Positions 38,283 through 52,610 of a stretch of DNA of 64,000 nucleotides are shown piece after piece. The notes under the pieces were generated by a model, which saw only the letters and a list, made by a program, of their open reading frames with translations, did not search any database and was not told where the DNA came from. The stretch covers positions 200,198,001-200,262,000 of the forward strand of contig NC_042998.1 of assembly GCF_006345805.1 (NCBI RefSeq), written 5' to 3'. The translations under genes were made by a program, and so were the position numbers. The DNA is from Octopus sinensis (Eukaryota). The stretch's first letter is position 1, and every line of letters starts with the position of its first letter.

Positions 38283-39260
38283 AATATTATATTTTGTATA
38301 TGAATGTCTTCAGCATCTTGGAAATTGAATACTGTAAAATTTTATTTGTTTCGTTCAGATATAAAATATTATTCCAGAGAAAGGTTACAAAGTGTGTAAA
38401 ATATTGCTGATGTGATCGAATTGCTTGAAATCGATACGATAATTGTTTCGTAACCTCCACGTGTTTGATAATGAAAGAAATAACTGTTGTGTAATTGTCT
38501 AGGAATGATTATTTCCACTTTAAAATTTTTGGTTTCTATTTGATATCAATTATAATAGAGAATACAGATAAGCTATGTTCGCTGGTGGTGCTGTTGTTTT
38601 CCTAGCCGAGTTGTTGTTAAATATAATTGTTATTGGTGTTAGATTTTTATTTTGTTGCTTTTTTTTCCGTTTTACATTCTTCTTTGTTGCTTCTATTGTT
38701 GATGTTTTCTTTATTCAAAATGTGGTTGGCATTTGTTGGAGGTTATTTCTTGTATTTTAAAATTTATGTAGAATAAGGTATTTTCACTTGCAAATGTTTT
38801 CTTGCATATTTTTATTCTTGATGCATTTATCTTTCCTTTCGATTTGTTATAGATACTCTTTTTAGTATGTTTTTTTTATTTATTGTAGATTTGGTGATAT
38901 ATGCTGTTTTTGGTTCAGATCCTTTAAGGCAGTTCTCTGAATGCAGATCGATAGATTGATCGCACCAATTAAGACGAAAATTCTATTTTGATATTGCTTG
39001 TAGTATAGAAGAAATTTCGTTCTATTGCATAATCGTTGAAACGTAGGGGGATTTCATCTTATTTTAAAGTCATGCAACAGGAGTAGCGCTAAAACTCAAC
39101 CAACTACAGACGCATTCCAACGCATTCTTTCTATTGAACTTGTACTGTTCATTAGGGTTACTTACAGGCATACGATTTATATTTTGTACGTTTTAGGAAA
39201 AATATGATATATTAATTTCTACTTTGTATATAAATCGAACACTTTCTTTTATAGTTCTAA

Positions 39261-39593
39261 CTAGCAGTATCACCCGGCGTTGCTCGGGTTTGTAAGGGAA
39301 ATAACTATATAAGCATTTTTAGAGAGTTATAGCCAAAAAATAGCAACAAAATGCATTAAAAATGGAAAAAATGATGGTAATAGCGAAAAAATGCATTAAA
39401 ATGGAAAAAATGATGGTAATTTTTTTTTTAATCGTAGACTCATCGTAGACGCGCGTTAATACCCAGAAGGGCTCGATATGAATCACGACTATAAGATACC
39501 CGATTTTGGTTAAACTGCACCGCAAAATAAGGGAGTAGTTAGAAATCTAAATCGTCGGAGACAGACACACAACTTGACTTTTATATATAAAGA
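39261..39593 (-). mobile_element. Non-autonomous Helitron (same family as 25624-26021)
   Basis: A|TC start, CCCGAGCAACGCCGGG hairpin, CTAG|T end. Confidence 0.9.
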
Positions 39594-40247
39594 TTTACAA
39601 AGCTCCAGAAAGCTTTATAGTACTAATTTCCAAAGCTTTCATTAACAGTGCAGGATTATACCTAATTATTCAATAAAAAACATATGAAATACCAAACAAC
39701 TAAATAAAAAATCAATCAGTCATGTGCACCACTGATAGATCCTTTAAGACTTCGCTAAACTAGCCACAATATTTGGCGCAAATCCCAAAATAATTTCACA
39801 ACGGGTTCAGATTAAATATGCTGAAGTTTGTATACTTTAAACAGTAACCGCTTGGTTGCTAAAGACTTCAGTGAATGAGTATTTATATTTAATTTCTATT
39901 TGATTTTCTTCTCTAATTTCTTGAGTTTTAAACGCATCGATAGTTTAGAATTGCAAACTATTTCGAAGTTATCAAATATAATTTCCCCCAAAATTTTCCA
40001 CTTGTATTATTTTATGTTTGGTATCTCAAGCAAGATATTGCTTTGTTTTGGAAAGAAACAAACTAATTCAACTTTTAATTATTTCAGTTTATAAAGGTAA
40101 ATAATTAAGTACAAATATCGGATTGATATTTTAATTAATTATCTGGAAGCGAAAGTGTTACTTCCATGCCAGTATTAGAGCACTTGGCTTTTGTTTATGG
40201 AAAGTATTTCACATATGGAACAAAATCAAATATAGCAGCTGGTTTAA

Positions 40248-40307
<60 letters not shown>

Positions 40308-40311
40308 GAAG

Positions 40312-40518
40312 AAATGCACCCTTTTAAAGGCTAGCCAGGCTCGCGGGCCCCGTTTCCCGGTTTCTATGGCGTATGTGTTCCCCAGCTGAGTGGACTAGAG
40401 CAACGTCAATTGAACTGTTTTGCTCAAAAACACAATGTGTCGCCCAGTCCAGGAATCAAAGCCACAATCTTACGATCATGATTCTGACACCCTAACTCCT
40501 AAGCCACGCGCCTCCACA
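40312..40518 (-). mobile_element. SINE with a family-B-like tRNA head and a distinct short tail, next to (AAT)n
   Basis: GTGGAGGCGCGTGGCTTAGGAGTTAGG...TTGATTCC head. Confidence 0.7.
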
Positions 40519-40599
40519 CAGATAGTAAGCAAGCATCGCATATGAAAAGCGTCAAGCTGATTGTTGTGCTTTCTGTACAAAGTCTAAGATTCATCACCA

Positions 40600-41520
40600 C
40601 AAAGTAATGTCTAGACGAACGACCTATATTCATTAACTTTCCCCTTCAACGATACGTCGTGGTCATTCCAAATTCAGTGATAAAGCGTATCGAAGAGGAG
40701 CTAGTCTTTCCGATGCTGGAATCGATTTCTTTATCCATTTTCGCATCATTGGACACAATGGAACCAAGATATGTGAAGGAGGAAACATTTTTTAATGCTT
40801 TCCCATCAACATACAACAACATTTTTTACAGTTTACCCATCAACAGATAGTAACATAGGCGCAACAGCTGGAGGATGGTCACGAATGGACTGATGGACAA
40901 GCGCAGTTTTTTTATGCTGATGTGTGTCAAACCAAAGACCTTCGATGCACGCACAGATTCGTATAGAAAGCATCGCATGTCCCCTACAAGCGCACAAACT
41001 TCTGCAGAGCGCAAATCTCGAACTTTTTGCACCAAAGTCTTAGTTTTTGCTTTGAATCGCCGTAGGTTGATCAAACCACCGCCACTTCTGTGCTCAACCT
41101 TTACTACTTCTTTAACACTCTCGGACGTTGTTGCCAACATGATGGAGAAATACAAAGCAAATAGGAGTGATGTAAGAACACAGTCTTGTTTTGCCCCATT
41201 TGAGACTGTGAATGAATTGGACACTTCCCCGCTAGATCTGACAGAAATTATCATCCCTACATGGAAAGAAATTATGACGTTGAATATCTTTTCTGGAGCA
41301 CGTAGCTTTATAAGGACAACTGAAAGGGTTGGTGTAGATACGGTGTCGAAAGCTTTAGCTAGATGTACAGAATTGACAAACAGGTCTCAGTTGTGTTCAC
41401 GAGCATTTTTTCTGTAGCTGCCTTAGGCTAAAAACCACATCCACAGTGTCTTTACAAAACTGAAATCCATACTAGATGCAGGGAGTACTGACCTGGCAAG
41501 GGCATCATTTAGTCTATTTA
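40600..41520 (-). mobile_element. Decayed RTE (BovB-like) LINE RT region
   Basis: VFSLRQLQKKC, SNSFTVSNGAKQDCVL, GGLINLRRFKAKTK, FTYLGSIVS. Confidence 0.9.
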
Positions 41521-42027
41521 AAATATCGTAACTAGACTACATGATGTATATATAGACAGATAGATAGAAGATATACAATTTCGCTTATTATAGAGTCACG
41601 CACCCACACCCATATATACATACATATTTATATGTAAACATGTGTATATGAATGTGTGTTGTGACTATAACACCTGCCGATTAATAATAAAATACCTGTA
41701 CTCGCATACGCACGGGCACACACACACGCACAAACACACACACACATAAACACATACACACGTTGTAGGTTTTATTTCAAACAACACCGTGTTCACTAGT
41801 AAATCATTCCGTCGTTACTTATATATTAAATAACATATTTTGGGGAACTGTTCGAATATTCGGTAATTAAGGATTATATAAAAAAACTGCACATAAAATA
41901 TTAAATTACAAAAAATAAATACACTATTAAATAATAATTGCATTTATTACTGGTCTATGGTTTAATTATGTTAATTATAAAACAATCGGAACAACTAAAC
42001 AAGCAGCTAAGCATTCATTACAATATG

Positions 42028-42069
<42 letters not shown>

Positions 42070-42087
42070 TTATATATAATATATATA

Positions 42088-42126
<39 letters not shown>

Positions 42127-42374
42127 GCATACACATACATAATACATACATAAATGTACACATACACTGACGAAGAGACAGAAATATCGTTATTCGCGCT
42201 CCACACAACCACACAATATACAAAACATTTGTAAAATTAGCCAGATTACTTTGCTCCCGAGGGAACAATGTTTGTTATTGCATGAAATTGATAATTTTTA
42301 TTTAAAATAATAACCGCTATATTTAGATCTAGATCACTTTTTTATACATACAGACATACATAATATATACATAC

Positions 42375-42418
<44 letters not shown>

Positions 42419-42420
42419 GC

Positions 42421-42468
<48 letters not shown>

Positions 42469-42575
42469 TTATGTGTATATATAACCTTCTGTAGTTTTTT
42501 CACCTTTTACTATTTTCTATATATTCAACCACGTGCTTTCACACACCAACTTTCTCACCTATATATATATATTAT

Positions 42576-42640
<65 letters not shown>

Positions 42641-43047
42641 CACATGCATGCACACATACATGGATACATACACATGGGTGAGTGTGCATGTATACGTATA
42701 TGTGTGAAAATTTCCCTCATACATGTATATTTGTAATGGTCTGTGTTCGTGTCTCTTTTCAGTGTTTACACTCGTTTAATGTTTTCACCAGTAATAAAGT
42801 TGTATAATTCGCTACAAATTCTGAAGTGTGACAAACATTAAATGCATATGTCAAAAACAGTCATTGCCTTGCAACTATCGTAAAATCCTATATCGTAGTG
42901 GAGATTACGTATGATATTGTTGGCCACATTACACAATTATGACAGCCAGCCGAGCACGCGTATTTTTGTATGATCACATGACAGAGGCGCTAACGTATAC
43001 ATGGATACATACATACTTGTTTACATTATTAACATTCATTATTTACA

Positions 43048-43460
43048 TTGTGGGATGGAGTTAAAATAATAGGCAGAGAACAGCACTGGGAAATACGTAA
43101 ACGAAAAGAAGCAGCGCATATGGTAGCACGAAACAGCCTCATAGGCAAATCGAGTGAAGATATGAGTAGCATATGGGAACCGGTATTAAGAACGGATAGG
43201 AAAATATCAGATTTATAAGACCTAAAATTCACTCCATAATAGGCCACAGGAATACGACGTAGTGGCCACAGGCATATGGCTACTAATCTCAAGATTCCGA
43301 GTTCGATTCTAAGCAGTGACTTGAATAATAATAACATCGAAAATACCTTAGGAATGTGAACACAGGTTCGAAATTTCCTCAAGAAACCTGATGAGGCTGG
43401 AGGGTGTTAACAATAAAGAAGATGAGGACAAATGTCCGTCAAATGAAAATAATGTATGTA
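43048..43460 (+). mobile_element. PLE 3' end: GIY-YIG C-terminus (43048-43218), rearranged tRNA-like head, (AAT)n, pLTR with partly deleted hammerhead
   Basis: LWDGVKIIGREQHWEIRKRKEAAHM...SSIWEPVL*; downstream sequence matches 32200-32480. Confidence 0.8.
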
Positions 43461-43798
43461 TATATATATCTATACACATACATTATATATATATATACAT
43501 AATGTGCGCGCGGACACAGACATACAAGCATGCACATACATGCATATATATGCATATAAAAATTATACACAATGGAAAGAGGTACTAATATTTTTATGCT
43601 TTTGTGATACTTTACCTAGGCATATTTATAAAATACGCCTTGTATCTCAAAGGAAGCATCATCAAAACATAAAACCATTAGTAGCACTTTCGGTTTTGTA
43701 TTAAATTGATATTTATCTCTCACTGGATGAAGTACTTGTTTGGTTTGCTTCTACCTGTATTGGAGGTGTTTGTGTGTATTATATATATATATATATAT

Positions 43799-44039
43799 AA
43801 AATATTATTTGAGACAAAACCACTATTTTGCACAAACAAGGAATAATCAATACATAAAATTTAATAAATTTAATAAATAGTCAATTATTAAATTGTATTG
43901 ATTAAGTCTTCCTTGTTTGTTTTGCAATTAGTGGTTTTGTCTCAAATAATATTTATAATATTTTACTATAAAATTGGATTTAATCCTAATCTGATTTTTT
44001 TTCCCTGTAAATTTGGATATATTCCCTAATATTTATTAT
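43799..44039. mobile_element. Shorter foldback of the same family as 4411-5345, lacking the hammerhead segment
   Basis: Arms at about 43799-43870 and 43880-43955; 43955-44039 is the reverse complement of 4411-4495. Confidence 0.8.
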
Positions 44040-44358
44040 TATATATATATATATATATATATCTATATATATATATATATTAATTATATATATATATATA
44101 TATTATATAATGCATATATAGGCAGTATGTAAATAGTAATAATGACGAAATTATTAGGCCTGTATCTTGCTTCGGTATTTCGTGGGCTCTTTCCTTTCAG
44201 TAAATAAATTGCCGTGTTGTACAAACTTGTTCTTCCTGCGTACCGGGGTTTCAGTATGTGCTCTGCACGCTATTTATAGGACTTAAAGGTGTCGCAATCA
44301 AGACGTCCCAAATATTTTCCTTCTGTGAATGACGAAAAACAAATGCATATTGACTCAC

Positions 44359-44454
44359 CTTTACCAGGAGTGAAAGCGCAGCTATTCCATGAGGTGCACG
44401 TATACTGTCTGAGAAATTTGGATAGAGCTCGGCATTATAAAAGAATATATGTAT
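44359..44454 (-). CDS. CA10: Internal coding exon of a carbonic anhydrase-related protein (CA10/CA11/CARP-like)
   Basis: 96 bp, phase 0/0; acceptor tctatttcttttacatatttttcag, donor AAG|GTGAGT; peptide IHIFFYNAELYPNFSDSIRAPHGIAALSLLVK aligns with human CA10 [32 protein letters not shown] (recalled from memory). No other exon found by eye. Confidence 0.78.
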
Positions 44455-44659
44455 CTGAAAAATATGTAAAAGAAATAGATGAATTGCTTTAAAATATACA
44501 TTTATAATATTGACATAAAGCCATATATTTTAGAAACTATAGCATTTTACATAAACAACAAACCGAAATTTGACAATAGCGTTATATGAACTCAAAACGT
44601 AAAAATTAGAATATAGAAATGTGGCTGAGAAATTCTGCCTAATCTACTCCGTAGAAAGT

Positions 44660-45046
44660 GGTGGAAGCACTCCGTCGGTTACGACGATGAGGGTTCCGGT
44701 TGATCCGAATCAACGGAACAGCCTGCTCGTGAAATTAACGTGTAAGTGGCTGAGCACTCCACAGACACGTGTACCCTTAACGTAGTTCTCGGGGATATTC
44801 AGCGTGACACAGAGAGTGACAAGGCCGGCCCTTTGAAATACAGGTACAACAGAAACAGGAAGTAAGAGTGAGAGAAAGTTGTGGTGAAAGAGTACAGCAG
44901 GGATCACCCCCCCCCCCTGCCGAAGCCTCGTGGAGCTTCAGGTGTTTTGGCTCAATAAACACCCACAATGCCCGGTCTGGGAATCGAAACCGCGATAGTA
45001 TGACCGCGAGTCCGCTGCCCTAACCATTGGGCCATTGCGCCTCCAC
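44660..45046 (-). mobile_element. SINE family B, full length
   Basis: Near-identical to 4754-5138; 12-bp TSD TCCGTA(G/T)AAAGT at 44648-44659 and 45047-45058. Confidence 0.95.
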
Positions 45047-45469
45047 TCCGTATAAAGTATTTCATCTACGGCCAATGTTAATTTTCAAAATCCTTTCGAC
45101 ACAAATTGTACACAAAAGTAGAGTATACGTTTTTTTTAGTGCTACTGCCTTTTAATCCCAAAGTCCTAGGAGATAGATTAAATGTTGCTCTTGTTGTGGA
45201 GAGTCGTGTAGATGTGGATGTATGTGTGTGTGTGCTAGCGGTGATGTTCTCAAGTGGGTGTGACCGTCTGTGTGGGGGCGGTATTCGGCTAATGAATCTG
45301 TGTGCGTACGAAGAAGCTTTGCTTGTACTGTTCCAAAATTATTGATTATATCGATGAACGCAGTTATCTGATGTTTACTATATTCATGTCGTTGTGAAGG
45401 ATAACAATGATAAAGACTGCTATGTATACGAGTGTATATAGTTATAAATTTTGCCCCGCACAAATTCAT

Positions 45470-46437
45470 CTGCATGGTGCGATTGGTTCACGACGGCATA
45501 TTCGCTCGAGTTCAGGTGAGTGGAGGTTCTTCCAATACATTTCCACTCACTAACAGAGACTAGCAGAGCTGAACGCACGCAGATACGCTGTCCAGCATGA
45601 TGAGCTCAGACATACTCTTGGACGTCGTCTGCAGCGAGACTCAAGCCAGAATCGCGGTCAAACTAAGACTGATGACAAACTCTTCATTCTGCTGCAGCTA
45701 CTGCTCAAGACCGAGTAGAAGTGAACGACTATCTGTTCGCAGACCACAATGCACTCTACGCCACAATGGAGGGCCATATGCAGCAGATGATGAACTGCTT
45801 GATGGTAATTTGGCGTGTGATCTACAACTCCTGTGGTGATGATTTTAGGTTAGGTTTTAGCTTATTTATGATGCAAAACTCGCGGCTGTTAAACGTGCGC
45901 GATCTTCGCGCTTATTTGAATTATCATATTCTGTATTCTTGGTTTACTATTATTATTCACTAAGAAACAATAGACATGGTTTTATCATTATCAAAAGAGG
46001 AGCAAGTTTGAAAAATTTACATTTACAATGCTAAGTATGTACAAAGGACTTTATTGTAAAAAAATCCTTAGGACTTTATTATAGAAAAATCTTAGCCAAA
46101 ACTTAAGGGTAATTAGAAATTAAAAAGTAAACTAAAAAGTAACTTAAACTAATCGACCCTTGGGTTGTAGATTAGACGCCAAAGTAACATCGAAATGGAT
46201 TTCCACTGCATGCAACAACTTTGGCCTCACAGTCACTACTGAGAAGACAAAACTCATGTACTAACCTACCTAGCAGAGACCATATGTGGATTACTTTCTC
46301 ACTGTGGAAGGGGAATCCATGAAGTTTGCTGATAAGTTCAAGTACATCTGCAGCAAAATCTGTAATTCTGTGAACGTTGACAATGAAAGTGACGCTCACA
46401 TTGTCAAAGGAAGGTCAACATTTGGACGACTAATAAT
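45470..46437 (+). mobile_element. Decayed RTE LINE split by a MITE
   Basis: HDGIFARV, DYLFADHNAL...MQQMM, then FSTACNNFGLTV..EKTK...DKFKYI...STFGRL. Confidence 0.85.
45801..46191. mobile_element. MITE-like insertion with about 28-bp imperfect TIRs
   Basis: GATGGTAATTTGGCGTGTGATCTACAAC at the left end versus the reverse complement of GTTGTAGATTAGACGCCAAAGTAACATC at the right; AT-rich interior; interrupts RTE. Confidence 0.7.
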
Positions 46438-46559
46438 TTATCCCTTGTGTATTTCGCAGAATCGCACAAAAAGTATATCTATATTTATGAAGCTACGTGT
46501 GTGTGTGCGCGCGCCCGCACGTACACACACACACACATACACACACACGCATACATGTA

Positions 46560-46652
46560 TGTAGAGTCTCGAAATATTAAAGACGGTTTCACTTCCCGAG
46601 CGTTAAATTAATACATCTGTTTGTTGTCTTCGTCTTTTGTTTTTCTTTTGTG
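46560..46652 (+). mobile_element. Truncated PLE-type 3' terminus ending at (TA)n
   Basis: ctcgaaa..ttaaagac...cttcgtcttttgttt matches 8634-8750. Confidence 0.55.
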
Positions 46653-46658
46653 AATTCG

Positions 46659-46721
<63 letters not shown>

Positions 46722-48499
46722 ATATATGTATGTATATATGTATGTGTATATATATATATATAATATATATATTATATATATATATACATATATACATATA
46801 TATATTATATATATATTATATATATATATATACATATATACATATCTACTAATTGTACCGAAAGAGTCCAAAAACGAAAACGAAAACAAAATATGAGTGC
46901 AAAGTTTCAGATGCTAAATTGTTAAAAGCAAAGGCTTTATTCGATTTAATAAACAGATCGCTGTGTGGGCGTCGCCTAAGTTTTAGTAGAATAATTTGTT
47001 TTTAAAGGAATATTAAGGGGAGATGACAAAAACCTGACAACTTCAATAAAACGACATAAAAGATTGATTACATATTCAAAGCGACCGCTAAGTTAACACT
47101 GTTAAGTGGATATTGGTAATATAAAAAAAAATGGAGACAAAAGAAGTAAAATTTAAGAGATAATGGCAGAGAATTGGATTTACACCATTTATTATGGTAA
47201 GTTCCCGAAAATTATGTAAAAACACATATCACTCGCAAATAATATTTGGGTTGATTTACAAATGATTAAACATAAAAATTATTCTAGTTAAGAAACAAGA
47301 AAAGAGGCGAGAGTTTTGTAAAGGTTATAATTTCGTTTAGAAGAATTAGAACACAACCTATACTTATTACTTCTAAATTTGCACGGTAGACATAAGTTGA
47401 ATAGAAAACAAAACGGCTATGCACACGCTGGCCTGTTAACTTATATAAAATTTGGACAGGAAATTACACTTTATTACAGCGCTTTCCCAAAATTTTATAC
47501 TCAATAAACACACTTATGTTTGTCTGTGTGTGTGTGTGTGTGTATACATACATACATACATACACACACACACTTCTATATATAAATATATATATATATA
47601 AATATACATATATATATATGGGGGGGAGGTTATGTGCGTACGTACATTTATATATGTGGATATTTAGAGAGAGAGAGGACAGAGAGAGAGATAGAGAGAG
47701 AGGCGAGAGACGCAGGCAAAGCAGCATGTTTAAGAAGTCCATATTCCAACTACCTGTTTTTGGTTTAAATCCCACTGCGAAGTACGTTCGACAAGTGTCC
47801 TATACTATTATGTGTCTTCACGTCTGTGCCCATAACGCTTAAAACGTATGTATGCATATATTCTCTATGTCTATCAATCTATAAACTTACATATGTGCGC
47901 GCGCGTTTGTGTATGTGTGATCGAATCGTCAATGTCTTTGTGTGCTAAGTACTATTTTATGTCGTTATATTGTCGTTTAGTGATTTCAGTTACTAGTTTG
48001 ACGCACCTGAATATGTCCATTAAACATTGAAAGCATATAATGCTTTATGAATTCATAAAAATGGCATAAAAAAGGCAATAATGTTGTATACACAATCTGA
48101 AACATTCGTAGAAATAAGAACGACAATTGTTTAAATTGAAGAACTAAGCTGAGATTGTTTAAACAGACTAGGAACGGTGGTTTCGGTTCTGAAGATGCTG
48201 TTCGTATTGTTCGTTCTTATTAGTTCCTGCTTTTGTCAGAACATAATATAAATAGTTCCGGTACAGTAGAAAAATTAATTCAGAATTTGTATGCAAGCGC
48301 ATTATAAGTTCCTTCACCTCGCATCTGGAAACACGTGGGAAAGATTTTCCTTATAAACTGAGAGAGAACACTTATATTAGGCATTCTCTACACTCTCATG
48401 AAATCTTGTGGACTAATTAATGATAGGTGAATAATAGCAGAACTTTTCTCAGAATCTGAAGCAACATAATGGTGTAATGATCAATAACTGGCAGTACCC

Positions 48500-48900
48500 T
48501 AACTGAAAAGTGGACTCCATCCAAAGAATGAGTTGGTTGGTGTTTGGTTGGATAGTGTTGGTTTACTTCACTTCCGCATAATTTCTGTCGGCAGTCAGAA
48601 TACGTAAGCTCTGCTTCGAAGCATATAAGTCCTAAATGGTATCTCCTTATGGTAATACACTGACAAATTCAACATAGACCACGTTTGGAAAAATTACAAA
48701 CCCCGGCTGGGAAAAATTCCACACCAAACTTCTATTCTCATTATTCTCCTTATTACCATCCGTTTTGAGCTAATGCACAATGTTATTCAAAGACCAGTTC
48801 CTATAACATGAAGTATTGACAAACCTTTCCGCATTCGTATCCGTCTAACCAAATAAATTTTATACAAATGGAGTTAAAATGCTTAAAACTTACTAGAATT
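48500..48900 (-). mobile_element. Possible very decayed PLE fragment
   Basis: NRSLVWNFSQP resembles the PLE IIWFNPP region; weak. Confidence 0.3.
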
Positions 48901-48998
48901 AGATAATTAATGATGATGGAAATTACGTTACTGAATTAGCTGCAGAAGAATGAGAAAATTAAGGAATATTATTTTGAGAGTATTTGTGGGGAAATCTG

Positions 48999-49037
<39 letters not shown>

Positions 49038-49722
49038 TTTGTGACGAATTCTATATAGCATGCATATTATCATCCGTTCATATTCACTTTTTCTGGTTTA
49101 TTGTTTCAAAGGTTGTAGTGCAATGAGTTGAAATTGCGTCTTGTAGCAAAGGCATGGTGAGCCTACGAGAATGTGTGGCGACCGTAAGGCCGTTCGGTAT
49201 TGCAATCGCAAAGTTCACAATCTTCATATTTACTCTCGAATTTACAAATAATATTAACCATTTGCATCATGTCACCGGCGCTAAATGGCTGTCATCTGTC
49301 GTTGACAGAAAGGCTTTCGATATTTTTCAATTGTACCCATTTGATTCATTTAATACACTTTATGAGCAAATCATCTACATTTTAATTAATGGCATTTGAA
49401 TAATGACAAAAATACCATCTTAAACTTCTACGTGTTTTGTAAAAATTTAAGTATCGTACCTGACTGTATCGGAGTACGTCAACTGCTACAATGTATTTGT
49501 ATCTTCCTTTCGAAAGGAAGATTTCAGCAGATCAATAATTTCTCATATATGACAGTTGACATACCTTAATTCTTTATATTGGAGTGAGTGTGGGTGTGTG
49601 GAAGAGAGAGTGTGTGTGTGTGTAATATATATATGTAATATATATATATATGTGAGTATATGTAATATATATGATCATATATATACGTATATAATACGTA
49701 TGAATATATGTATATATCCTTG

Positions 49723-49768
<46 letters not shown>

Positions 49769-49787
49769 ATATATATATGCATGCCTG

Positions 49788-49831
<44 letters not shown>

Positions 49832-50029
49832 CGCGCGTGATTGTGTGTCAGAATTTGTAGCTGATGCTACTTATTTATCCCCTAAAACAGGGGTTTTACA
49901 AATAGTAGCTAATGAAATATTCTCCCGATTATCAAGATGTGTACTGAGTAAAATACGATCGACGAATTATTTTGAAATCCGTGATCATCCTTAGTAAATA
50001 TCCAAATATGCAAACGTGTTAAAGAATCA

Positions 50030-50032
50030 ATG

Positions 50033-50064
<32 letters not shown>

Positions 50065-50134
50065 GATCGATCATTCAATCAGTTTATCTATCGGTCTGTC
50101 TGATGGTCTGCCTGTTTATATATCTGCTTGTCTC

Positions 50135-50232
<98 letters not shown>

Positions 50233-50256
50233 CTACATATATATCTACCTCCCTAC

Positions 50257-50317
<61 letters not shown>

Positions 50318-50628
50318 CAACTATCTATCTACCTACCTACCTACCTACCTACCTACCTACCTACCTATCTATCTATCTATCTATCTATCTATATATCTAC
50401 CTACCTACCTACTACCTACCTATCTATCTGTCTGTCTATCTATCTAACTCTATCTATTTTCCTACCTACCTACCTACCTACCTACCTACCTACATACCTA
50501 CCTACCCACCTACCTACCTACCTACCTACCTACCTACCTACCTACCCACCTACCTTCCTACCTACCTACCTACCTACCTACCTACCTACCTACCTACCTA
50601 CCTACCTACCTACCTACCTACCTATCTA
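50030..50628. repeat. Compound (TCAA)n/(TATC)n/(TACC)n tetranucleotide array
   Basis: Direct inspection. Confidence 0.97.
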
Positions 50629-51073
50629 TTCGATTATATACCATCAATTTACCAATAAGGAACATAGTGTTGATAGTAATACGATTCTGTGCATTTGTTT
50701 TTCTGATAGTTGTGTATTTGATTTTTTTCTATATTTTGTGTATTTGATTTTGTGCCTAATGTTTTTGTCTGTAATATAGATTATTACGGATAGATAGTAT
50801 TTAGGTAGATGAACCATTTGTCACATATAATATCTCACGCCGGAGTTCTAGAATAGGCGGCGATTTGGCTTCTACTCCAACTTCAACACGCTCTCTTCCA
50901 TGTATATGTACATACGGGCAGTCACCGATAAAATTGACTCAACATATAACTTGTACTTTATTAGTTCGAGACGAGAAAGACGCGATTAAAAATCGACATT
51001 GGCATTTTTAAATCGAAGAGGAAAGAAAAGGGGCACGAATAAGCACACACACACACACACGCGCGCACACACA

Positions 51074-51140
<67 letters not shown>

Positions 51141-52610
51141 AAAAAGAAGCAGGTAGGAAAGACGGGGTTTGCTACCGCTGAGGAAAAAAACCCACCGATG
51201 ATCCAGGGCAGAGAATGTCAACTATCGTTTCGAAACGTATGAGTTGTCACAGTCATCGACCTGACGAGCGCTCATATCAGGAGAACTACAAATAAAAATA
51301 ATTGAAGTGGACAGTACAATTTCTGCAGTGGGCACATACACACAACACGTATATATACCTATACATATACATATACATACATATACATACATATATATAT
51401 ATATATATATATGCATATATATATATATATGGCATGTATATTTTTATTAATATTTCGCAGAAGCAGTACTAACTATATAGTAGGTGAGTATGCACATACG
51501 CACAAACACACACACACACCACACCCACACACGCACACACATACATAACATGTATGCACAAAAACAAACAAACAAACGTATGAAGTGTATTAATGGCCAC
51601 AAATAAGGAACCCCACTGTACCGGATATTAAGAGGAGAGCATTGGTGAAATAGATAGAAATTAATGAAATTTTGGGAAAGAGAGCTTGTCTACGTGTGTT
51701 TGTATGTGAGTTGTGTGTGTGTGTGTGTGTATGTGTGTGTGTGTGTGTGTGTGTGTCTTTGTGTGTATGTGTGTAACAAAAGAATGAATGTGAGACGCAG
51801 AAAGATATAAAAAAAAGATAAAATGATTGTTTTACAGAAAAGAAGATAAGCGCAAGTTTTATTTTATTTTAGTGTTATTTTTTAAATCAAACACTACAGT
51901 GAAGCTCTGACACACAATTCTACGAAAGCTTTCGAAATATGTAACATCGGAAAATATCAGACCGTACAAACTAATTAAAGCAGAAAAACAGGATATTGTA
52001 ATTGTCGTTTCTTGATTAATCGATAGTTGTACAATATTGATTAAACGTTTTACTGTTGTTCGGATATTGAGGAGAGTCGGAAGTGACTGTGCTGTGCAAA
52101 AGATAAAATAAGGAGAAAAACGAGGTAGACGTAGACAGTGCAGGATATGTGAATATAGACTAGAGTAAGAATCTCATAGAGATAGAAACGTATAGATCTG
52201 AAAATGAAGGTTAGAGGTAAACGAGAGGCAACTCACTAATTTAAAACTGTTTTTGCTGGTCTCACTCACTAGGATGCAGTCACGCTGGGTTACCACTTTC
52301 ATGGTTCGATTCGATCACAACGACTCCACGACTCGTTCCAATCTGATGCATCGTTTATCGACTCATAATTGTAAGATCGATAAGTTACGCTATTTTACGC
52401 AACAGTGATTTCACGATTTCAAACCGGTTTTTACTTAGGTACATAAACGGACTCGAACCTACAAACAAGGAGAGATGGACACGTTCAAACGCACACATAT
52501 GCACGCGCACACACACACGCACATACATACACATGCACTCACACGCACACACACACACAGAGAAACATATATGTCTGTGTGTACATAGTATGGTATACAT
52601 ACAGGTCTTG

